Shown piece after piece: positions 54,520-64,000 of a DNA stretch of 64,000 nt. Below the pieces are notes generated by a model that was given only the letters and a program-made list of their open reading frames with translations, was not told the origin of the DNA and did not search any database. Each line of letters begins with the position of its first letter. Position 1 is the stretch's first letter. The stretch spans positions 44,196 through 108,195 of the forward strand of contig JAQGDQ010000716.1 of assembly GCA_030141605.1 (NCBI GenBank). The letters run 5' to 3'. This DNA is from Tubiluchus corallicola (lineage: Eukaryota > Animalia > Priapulida). The translations under genes and the position numbers were made by a program.

Positions 54520-56760
54520 ATCCATGCCTACGCCATTGATTCATATGGCAAAAGAACAAAACCGAACAAAGACTGGTTCGAAGGAAACAATGGAGCCGCT
54601 TATCGAAGCCAAAAGGCAAGCTCTGATCAAGTGGAAACAGCATCCTACACACGAAAATCTCAGACTTCTACGCAAAGCCAGAGCTGAAAGCCAGGAAATG
54701 GCAAGGGTATGTGCAAACAATTACTGGCTGGACTTGTGCGACAAGATTGAACAGGCATCCTCAACTGGCAACATAAGAGCCATGTATGAAGGTATCAATC
54801 AAGCCACTGGTCCAACCACAAAGAAAACAGCCCCCCTCAAGTCCAAAGAAGGAAATATAATCACTGATCGCAGCAAGCAGATGGAAAGATGGGTTGAGCA
54901 CTACCTAGAGCTCTATTCAACTGAAAACACCGTATCTGAAGATGCTCTCAACAGTATTCCCGAGCTCCCAACTATGACTCACCTTGATGCTGAGCCCACC
55001 CTCGAAGACCTTGGAAAGGCTATAAATGCACTATCAAGTGGTAAGGCACCTGGAAACGATGCAATACCACCAGAGGTGATAAAAGAAGGAAAATCGGGCC
55101 TGCTGCCGCATCTTCATGAGCTACTCTGCCTATGCTGGAAAGAAGGGAAAGTACCACAGGACATGAGGGACTCCAAGATAGTAACCCTCTACAAAAACAA
55201 AGGTGACCACTCGGACTGCAACAACTACCGCGGAATATCTCTACTAAGCATTGTAGGCAAGGTGTTCGCACGTGTTATGCTGACGAGACTGCAGGCCCTT
55301 GCTGAACGAGTTTATCCAGAGTCTCAGTGTGGCTTCAGATCAGGCCGCTCAACAATCGACATGATATTCTCTGTGAGACAACTTCAAGAAAAATGTCAAC
55401 CTCTGTACTTAGCTTTTGTTGACCTCACCAAGGCGTTCGACCTGGTCAGCCGCAGCGGATTATTCAGTCTTCTCCAACGTATAGGCTGCCCACCAAAGCT
55501 TCTAAGTTTAATCAAGTCCTTCCACACAGATATGAAAGGAACCGTCAGCTTTGATGGAGATACATCAGAACCTTTTAACATTCACAGTGGTGTAAAGCAA
55601 GGATGCGTGCTCGCCCCCACACTCTTCGGCATCTTCTTTTCTCTCCTCCTGTACCATGCCTTCGACTCTTCATCTGATGGTGTTTACATTCTTACCAGAC
55701 ATGATGGCAAGCTCTTTAACCTAGCCAGACTGAGGGCTAAGTCTAAGATTACACATGTGCTCCTCAGAGAAATGCTGTTTGCTGATGATGCAGCTCTAGC
55801 AAGCCATACCCACGATGGTCTACAACGCCTTATGGACCACTTCTCCAATGCTTGCAGAGAGTTTGCACTCACAATCAGTATCAAGAAGACGGAGATAATG
55901 GCTCAGGATCCTCCAATACCCCCCTCCATCTCAAGCAACAACTCGCAGCTAGCCACTGTAGACAACTTCAAATACTTGGGCTCGACCATCTCACAGAACC
56001 TGTCCCTTGATGCTGAGATAAATGCTCACATTGGAAAAGCAACAGGAGTCATGTCCAAGCTGACAAAGAGAGTTTGGGAAAACAAAAACCTTACTCTCAG
56101 CACAAAGTTGAAAGTCTACAATGCTTGTGTTATCAGCACCCTCCTATATGGCAGCGAGACATGGGCTACCTACACAAGACAGGAGACCAGACTCAACTCC
56201 TACCACATGAGGTGCCTGCGTCGGCTACTTGACATTAGGTGGGAAGACAGAATTACCAACCGCGAGGTCCTCAGCAAGGCCAAGACAACATCAATCTTTG
56301 CTATGCTGAGTCAGAGGCATCTACGCTGGCTAGGACATGTCAGACGCATGGACAAGGGTCGTCTTCCAAAGGATATGCTGTACGGCCAACTCGAGGAAGG
56401 CACGCGTCCGAGCGGTCGACCTCACCTGAGGTTCTCTGATGTCTGCAAAAGAGACCTCAAAGGCACTCACAAAGACATCAGTTCATGGGAAACCAAGACA
56501 GATGACCGTCCAGCTTGGAGACAAGCAGTCAGCGAGGGCATTAAGAAGGCTGAGGAGGATAGACATGAGAGACAACGTCAAAAGAGACTGGGGAGTAAAG
56601 CATCAACTAGTTCTCTCAATGACCCCGTTTTCACCTGTGGGGACTGCGGCAGAGACTGCCATTCCAGGATCGGGCTCTACAGCCACAGCAGACGCTGCTC
56701 CAGCTCCACTTTGTGGCGCAACCCATCGTCTTCATAGACGGACGGAGCCGATGATGAATG
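54520..56760 (+). mobile_element. 5'-truncated RTE-clade (BovB-like) LINE with open reverse transcriptase ORF 54524-56737
   Basis: KAPGNDAIPPE, NYRGISLLS, QCGFRSGRSTIDMIF, FVDLTKAFD, GVKQGCVLAPTLF, LFADD, FKYLGS, C-terminal CGDCGRDCHSRIGLYSHSRRC zinc finger; short 3' tail with GAT repeats; no endonuclease. Confidence 0.95.
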
Positions 56761-58400
56761 CTAATTTCACCTCCTGTCTTGTCACCCCTGTTACCTCCAG
56801 TTCATTCGGTTCTCCATCAACATTAACCAGTCTTTCATTTTCCTCGTTCAGCAGCTTCTCGTAGTCCTTCCACCTCTCCAGTACATCGCTTTCTTTTCGT
56901 ATTATTTGCCCCTTTCATCTTCTGCCTTATATGTCTAATGTCCTTTATACTCTTATTTATCAGCTTCGCCAACTTGAAAACTCTCCCCTGTCCTTCCTTG
57001 GTGTCTAACTCTTCATAAAGGTTGTCATATGCCTCCGCTTTTGCTACAGCTACAGTTCTTTTCATCTCCTTGCAACACTGTTTGTAATACTCTCTGTCCC
57101 TGACCAACTTGGTTTCTTCCCATCTTTTCTTTGCCATTTTCTTCTCTTTTACTTTCCGCGGCACCTCTTCTTTAAACCACCATGTTTCTCTGTTTTCCCA
57201 TATTTTACCACTACTTTCCCCGAGAATTTCTTTTCCAGTCCTTATAATATTTCCACTCAGCCTGTTCCACCATTCGTTTATTTCTTCCATTTCGTAGTCC
57301 ACCTCTCTGAGCAATCTGTCTTTAAAGAGTTGTTTAAGTCTCTGCTCTTTTAGTTTGAACCATATAATCCTTTTTTCCGTCGTGACTTTCCTTTTCTGCC
57401 TAGGTGTAACAGCTATGGTGAGATCCATAACCATCAGGCGATGTTGTGCTGCTACGTGGTCTCCTGGTATAACCTTGAAATTTCTTATCTCTTTGATGTC
57501 TCTCCGTCCGTAGAGTAGGAAGTCTATCTGGCTTTCTCTATCCCCACTACGGTAGGTTATTAGGTGTTCATTTTTCTTGCCAAACATGGTATTTCCTATC
57601 ACCAAGTCAAAGGCTAATGCCACGTCGATTATTTTGTTTCCATCTTCATTTCCATCTCCATATGAATTTCCACCATGAATCCGTCTTATTGCATTATTTC
57701 CACTTCCTACATGTCCGTTCATGTCACCTCCAACTATGCACCTATCACTCACATCTACTTTTTCCCATTCTTCCTGTAGGTCCAACCAGAATTGTTCCTT
57801 TTCCTCCTCTGAGCATCCTGTCTGTGGTGCGTACGCGCTAAATATGCACAATCCACACTCCTCAATGGCCAGACGTATCCACACTATACGATCATTTTTC
57901 CTATTTACTTCTATAACCAAGTCTTTCAAGGTTGGAGACAGGATAATTCCTATGCCGTTTTTCTTTTCCTTGTTTGCTCCTCCATAGATCAGCTTAAAAC
58001 CATCACCTAGTTCTTTGACCTTGTTTCCTGACCATCTCGTTTCCTGAACGCATAACGCATCCACTTTTCTTTCTTTCAATAGCTGTGCCAAAGCTCGACC
58101 TTTTCCATTCAATGTTCCCACATTAAGGGTTCCAATCCGCAGTTTTTGAACTAACTTCTTTGGCCGCATCTGTTCTTGATGCGGTAGCCCTTGCTTGTCC
58201 ACAGAGTTAGGGCGATGTATCTGTGGGCCACTTACAGGTGGCGTCCTAGCATTAGATCCACTTCTCTGATTTTGACTCATTCATAAAAAGGTTTTGGCTC
58301 GGTTTTTACAGGCGGATGCCCTTCCTGACCCTAACCCTCCCTATTTATTCGGGCTTGGGACCGGCACTGAGTTGGGCTAGCTCGCCGCCCCCAGTGGCTA
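56761..58400 (-). mobile_element. RTE-clade LINE 5' half: 5' UTR and APE endonuclease ORF 56835-58280, broken just before the RT domain
   Basis: LRIGTLNVGTL, DALCVQETRW, SAYAPQTG, GDMNGHVG, SQIDFLL, QHRL, TWWF; after a frameshift it continues WKDYEKLLNEEN...VTRQEVKLA up to the junction. Confidence 0.93.
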
Positions 58401-58410
58401 GGTTCAAGGT
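58328..58410 (-). ncRNA. Twister self-cleaving ribozyme-like motif at the 5' end of the RTE element
   Basis: Minus strand U^AG-CC-[ACUGG...UCAGU stem]-GCCGGUCCCAAGCCCG-AAUAAAUA-GG-GAGGG; the GCCGGUCCCAAGCCCG and GAGGG blocks match the twister P4/L4 and L1 core. P1 is imperfect. Confidence 0.75.
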
Positions 58411-58725
58411 AGTTAGTACAGTAGATTCACATAATAGGTGGCAATCGGAACAGGATCAAATTCATAATTGCTCAGGAAATTCTCCTTGGGTCAGAGTCAC
58501 AAAATCTGCTACGTGTTTCATGGATTACCGAGATTAACAAGCTGCTTCACAATACTTATGTTTTGTGGAATTGGGAAGAAAAAGCAAAATGTCGGAAACC
58601 GGGTTTTAAAATTTATTTAAATATTTGATTTCTTTATGTAGTAAAAGAGATACATTTATACCGTGCAGATTAGAGTCATAAATCCAAGTGCAAATTACCC
58701 GTATAAGTGTTTTTGCATTATAAAG

Positions 58726-58867
58726 AATATCATATAATATCACATCACTTCACGTCACGTCATGTCACGCCACGCGACGCCACGCCACGCCACGCCACGT
58801 CACGTCACGTCGCGTCATGTCATGTCATGTCATATCATGTCATGTCATATCATATCATTTCATATCC
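58726..58867. repeat. Compound pentanucleotide microsatellite (ATATC/ATGTC/ACGTC/ACGCC)
   Basis: Directly visible 5-bp period. Confidence 0.9.
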
Positions 58868-59039
58868 ATTTGGTGCTAGTTGTTTTGTCAGAACTTTAAA
58901 AATTTCTAGATGGCACAACCTCGAAGCTGTATCTGTAGTTGAGCCTATATTGTCTAGTTTGCTTTTAAAAGAGGTTATGGAGTTTGTAGAAGCTACATTT
59001 TCATGAAGGTCGTGTAGCAGTACGACTATACCTTTCTTT

Positions 59040-59330
59040 AACTTATATGAATGTCCCCTAGTTTTTGTTTAATAATCTCTTTGACGGATCTCAGCATGCT
59101 ACTGTATATTCCATTTGTAAACTTGAATACTTTTGTCAATTCACCCGTCTGTACCGCTTACAAATCAACATTAAAGCCTTTAGACCTCCCCATAAGGCGG
59201 TTCTTTCATCCCTGAGACCATCCTAGTTACTTTATAAAAAACTCCTTCAATCAGCTTCCGGCCTTTAACAAACCTGGGCATCCGTTCTGTGATAACAGAC
59301 TCAATGTCTTCAACGTCAAGAGGTTCAATG
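59040..59330 (-). mobile_element. Possible CR1-like LINE 3' relic
   Basis: KVTRMVSGMKEPPYGE resembles the CR1 aTkmv.glk.l.YeeRL motif; heavily decayed. Confidence 0.35.
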
Positions 59331-59332
59331 TC

Positions 59333-59530
<198 letters not shown>

Positions 59531-61230
59531 AACCACAACAACAATTTATCTTTATAGCTTTGTCATTGTATCAGTTTCATCATTCATCAGACAATTAACT
59601 CTGCTCTCATGCATTTGTTTACAACTGAAAGCGTTATAAAATTTCCCGACGAATTTCAAGACGAATGTTTATATGTAAGTTGAGGGTGTTCTTGTATCTT
59701 AAGCAACTTCTTTCATGAATTTGTATCAGGTAGTAGTCTACACGAACTGTAGGAAGTTTATGTAACTGAAATTGTTACTTTAGAAATTCTAAATTATCAA
59801 ATTATTAAGTAAAATAACTAAGGTACTTGATGGGGTGCTTGGAGAGAAATTTGCCAAAGAGTTCTTTTGGAAAGAGGAGAAAACGTGCTAGACTGTGACT
59901 AGTTACTAGTTAAAGTAAAAGTTACTTGTTAATTTGGGGGAAGCTTTTCCTGTGTGACCCTGTATTTAATAGGGATTCGAATTTTTGTTAACACCGAAGG
60001 AAATTATTTGTGGAGCAGTAATCATTTGTGTCCACAAGAAATCACAGCATGTCCTCAAAAATCAAGAAAATTTTGTGGACAGATTCTACGAACGTTGTAC
60101 AGAAATATGAATTTGTGGGCGTAAGTTTCAAAGCACTGCAGTCGTGTAGTCTTCCGTCGTTTCTGAACTTAACCTTCTTGGTATGCTTTCTTCCCTTCGT
60201 CCGAGCGTATCGTATGCTGTATCCTTCCTTCACAGTGACTGTGCAGTTGACTTCGACAGGCGTCCCAGCTCTTTGAGGAGCGGAAGTTCTTTCCGTTCAC
60301 ATTGTAGTAATCACAATGCAAACTTTCCTCGACACTGTTCGTCAGGGGGCAGCGCATTGTTGTACAACTGATGACTTTTGAAAATCATAAGCTTAATGCT
60401 GGATAATCTTTGAATAATCTGGCAATAGGTTTATTCGTATTTTTGAATATTAACTTATAGTTGCGTTTCAATTGATAGACGACATTGGGTGACATTTACT
60501 TTACCCTAGTGACGTATTCAATATTCTAGCACTCATTCGACTGCAAATGGGACAATTACAAGTTTCATTGTTGTGCCTGATTAACTTGCTAACCATTTAG
60601 AACTTTCACTTTTTACACAATGTTCGTTAATTTTGTTACAACGAGTATCTGCAGGTAAAAACAACCAACGACTCTGTTAAGACGGGTTCTTGAGTTTTGT
60701 AATGATCACATTTTTGAGTTTTCGATAAATTTATTAATTGTTTTATGCAATTTTGTTCAACAAATGAAGCATTTTTCAAGGGTTACAGTGGATTTTTTTC
60801 AACTAGTTAAATTATTTACCACTTAAACAAAAACAGCCAACATCTTCAAATACCTAATGAAATTATTCCAACCGGAACATGTTATTTATGCAAATGCAGG
60901 AAAGCAGGACATAAACTTTTTGTGCGCTGATGATATTTGTAAAAAAATTGTGTAAGACTTCGCGTAGCAGCAGGTCACAGGTTAGCTGGAACAATAGGTT
61001 GCCATGGTGTTTGTGACACGCAGCTACTATGTTCATTGTCCTGCTGCAGCTGCCGACATCACATTGCCCCAGTAGGCATTGATAAAGTTAGCGTTACTAT
61101 GGTGACTTTTTTTTGTCTGCCATCTGGGGGCGAGCTAAGAGACAATGAAAGTATGTAATTGCACTACTTGCAGTCGTGTGAACTGCTTAATTTTCGTTGT
61201 TTCTGTCATGAGTTCATCAATAATTGGGGC

Positions 61231-61345
61231 ATTATCATCATCATCATCATCATCATCATCACAATCATCATCATCACCATAATCATCATCATCTTCATCT
61301 ATATTATCATCATCGTCACCATCATCATCACCATCATTATTATTT
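61231..61345. repeat. (CAT)n microsatellite
   Basis: Directly visible. Confidence 0.93.
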
Positions 61346-61682
61346 CAATATGTATAACGGTAAGACACATTAAAACGGAATATTTACAGATTCCCAGCTC
61401 ATATAATTTAAAATTGCAGAACGAACATGTTGGTGAAACTTTTTCACCACTTTTTACTATGAAAAAATAATCATCAGTTAAAGGTAAAACAGAAATGGCC
61501 CCTTTGAACTTGACGTTAAAATAATACAGGGAAGAGTCCTGGTAAAACAGTTTTTGTCTATTCCCAGGTCGCATACCTTTCGCTTCCCAGGCGCTAATAG
61601 AACGAAAACGATGGATTAGTGTCATAGCCTCGGGAGCTAATTTTCGAAATAAAAGGCGGTCATCACAAAGGTAAATAATTCT

Positions 61683-62095
61683 AAGCTCTTCCCTGGGGGT
61701 GAGTGCTCGCAAAGCTTTTGTCATTTAAATAATTGGCTTTGCAAAATATTTTCTCAGCTAGAAAATAATAAGCGCTCTCTGCCTCTAATTGCTCTTCACA
61801 GGGGTGAGTGCTCTCCTACTTTCTGTTCTTTGCAGTATATTTTCTCAGCTAGAACACAATAAGCGCTCTCTGCCTCTAATTCCTCTTCACAGGGGTGAGT
61901 GCTCTCATGCGTTCTGTTCTTTAGAAAATTCCTTCGCAAAATATTTACTCAGGTAGAAAATGCGCTCCCGGCCGCTAATCGCTTCGAGAGTTATTTGCTC
62001 TTCCCTTTTCGCTGAGGGCTCTCAAACATTCTCTCCTTTGAAAATTATTTGCGCTGTTAGAAAAAGAAAATAAGCGCTCTCTACGACTAATAGCT
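61683..62095. repeat. Degenerate tandem repeat of about 90-110 bp, about 4 copies
   Basis: GGGGTGAGTGCTC at about 61696, 61801 and 61892; AAGCGCTCTCT at about 61770, 61861 and 62072. Confidence 0.8.
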
Positions 62096-62310
62096 TGGAG
62101 GATAAGTGCATTTTTCAAGTTCCAGAATCCAAACAGTGAGAACAATCTTTGTCTTCATCCTTAAATGTCATTAGCCTAACCCTAGGCTCAAGGACACTGC
62201 ACTGTCTCCGAGTTAAAATGTAGTGAAGTGTAGTTTTTGTCATGCGTTCATCAATAATTGGTGTACTGCTTTTAAAACTGTCAACTTAGATAATATTAAA
62301 TCAATTTGAA

Positions 62311-62386
<76 letters not shown>

Positions 62387-62390
62387 TTAT
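62311..62390. repeat. (ATT)n microsatellite abutting the LTR
   Basis: Directly visible. Confidence 0.95.
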
Positions 62391-64000
62391 TGTGGCGGGT
62401 CGCAGGACTAAACCGTCTCGGACTTCATGAAAATGTAGTGTATTGAATGTACAATTGCGTGGGCCAATCAGAGCTCAGTTTTCAAGCTAATTTTCTCGGG
62501 CGTGTAATCTGTTCTCGTAGAGGGCAGTGCGTTCTGGGCCATGTTCGGCGTCTTTTTTCATTTTGCTTTGTTTTCTTTGTTTCCTGTTATTAAGTCAGTC
62601 GTGATTCAGTAATTTTTGGCTTCATGCCTTGTTTTGCATTTCAACTCGACGCGTAAGTGTCAGCTATAAACTCTTGTTAAGTGTTTTATTTTACTTTTTC
62701 TTTCTTTTTTTACGTAAATTATGAATCCTTGTTATCATAGACGGCATCACACTGGTGTCAGAAGTGGGATTTCTCCGACTTTTGCTGAAAAAGTTCTCTC
62801 TCCTGATGTAAAAATTGATAGAAGGTGGTTTGTTGATGGGGAGCTAACAGAACTTGCTAGTTCTGCGCATTTCCCTTGCACACGGGTTTCGTCAATGCCG
62901 TTGAATTTTGAAAGCATTTGCGAGGAGCAGTTAGCTCAGCTTGTAAACACTTGTTCAGTTGCTGATTCAAAATTTGATAGAACAAAGAGCAATTTTGGTT
63001 CTGGTACATTGGCTCAGTCAGAAGATATTGACTTTTTTAAAATAATAGTGATGATGAATTCTCAATGGGCAAAAAGCCAAAATGCTCTTGTATTCCTCTG
63101 AGTTCATCCTTGTATACTGGTCGTGCTCAGTGCGATGTACATCGTGATGTGTCATGTTCTCGTTTTGTCCAGTCTGCTGATGTAGATGCTGGTCCTACCA
63201 CATCTTTCTCCACTGTTGTGTCTACTGTTAGTAATTGTCTGACAGACACTGCTTTTTCTGGACATTCGACGCGACCAAAAGTAAATTTAGGCGCACGCGT
63301 CTTACCGAGTACCCAAAACTTAGACAGTGATTTGGCAGAAGAAGTTCGTTCATTTAAACAGGAACTTGCGTCCCTGAATAGCCAATTCGCAAATTTAGTT
63401 AGTATCGTAGCTACCTTACCGCGCGCTATGTCGTTAGCACTTTCTGCAAAAAGTTAGCCGGTGGCTCAAACGCAGTTATACAGCTGATATACCACACTGG
63501 GAATTATCAGAAGGAACGCTTCCTAAGCATATAGTTACTGTGCCCCGTGTACACTTTAAAGATTGTGAACCGACAGGGCAAACGATAATGCATTTTAAAA
63601 ATGTATGCGACACTCCCTTCGGTTATGGTTCGGCCAGTGATATTCAAAATGCTCATGAAAAGACAAAATTCTTTCATAGAAACGCGCCTTTAGCACAAGT
63701 AAATTCTTTCGGGAATGATGCTTGTAAGGCTCTACCCTCTTTGATGGAGAAAATGTTCCCTGGGAAAGCTATGAAGCCCAATTAAAATTATTAATGATTG
63801 CAAATAATTGGACCGATAATGAAGCTGGGGCTCGTCTTGCCTTAAAGTTAAAGGGTGCAGCTGTAGGAATTCTTGAGGTAATTCCTTTAGCCCAAAGGTC
63901 CAGTTATAAAAGTTTGTCTACTGCATTGAGACGACATTTTGGTACTCAACATAAACATAGTCTTTACAGAGCTCATTATAATGCTCGTACAAGGCGTCCA
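62391..64000 (+). mobile_element. 5' end of a Ty3/Gypsy LTR retrotransposon: LTR 62391-62751, tRNA-Leu PBS 62753-62770, disrupted gag running off the window
   Basis: TGTG...CACA termini; TGGTGTCAGAAGTGGGAT is complementary to a tRNA-Leu 3' end; from 63794 ANNWTDNEAGARLALKLKGAAVGILEVIP..SSYKSLSTALRRHFG..LYRAHYNARTRRP is capsid-like. Confidence 0.85.

Noticed and set aside
59940-60420. GC-richer patch with several short overlapping ORFs
   Set aside because: No family motif and stops in every frame; cannot be assigned.

Overview
AT-rich, microsatellite- and transposon-laden eukaryotic genomic DNA with GT-AG introns, most likely from an invertebrate animal. All eight recognisable host genes between 5 kb and 53 kb encode predicted type II membrane (Golgi-type) enzymes from seven different families: a DUF268 methyltransferase-like protein, an FkbM/Star-like methyltransferase, two GT11 alpha-1,2-fucosyltransferases, a GT92 galactosyltransferase, a galactose-3-O-sulfotransferase, a divergent GT31 glycosyltransferase and a CHST8-14-like carbohydrate sulfotransferase. 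This looks like a candidate animal glycan biosynthetic gene cluster, and it implicates the two orphan methyltransferases in glycan O-methylation. The right end holds two fused RTE-clade LINE halves, one with a twister-ribozyme-like motif at its 5' end, and the 5' end of a Ty3/Gypsy element with a tRNA-Leu primer binding site. A TTAA-flanked Kolobok-like MITE family, other MITEs, minisatellites and LINE/LTR relics fill the intergenic space. All family calls come from motif recognition by eye, not database searches.
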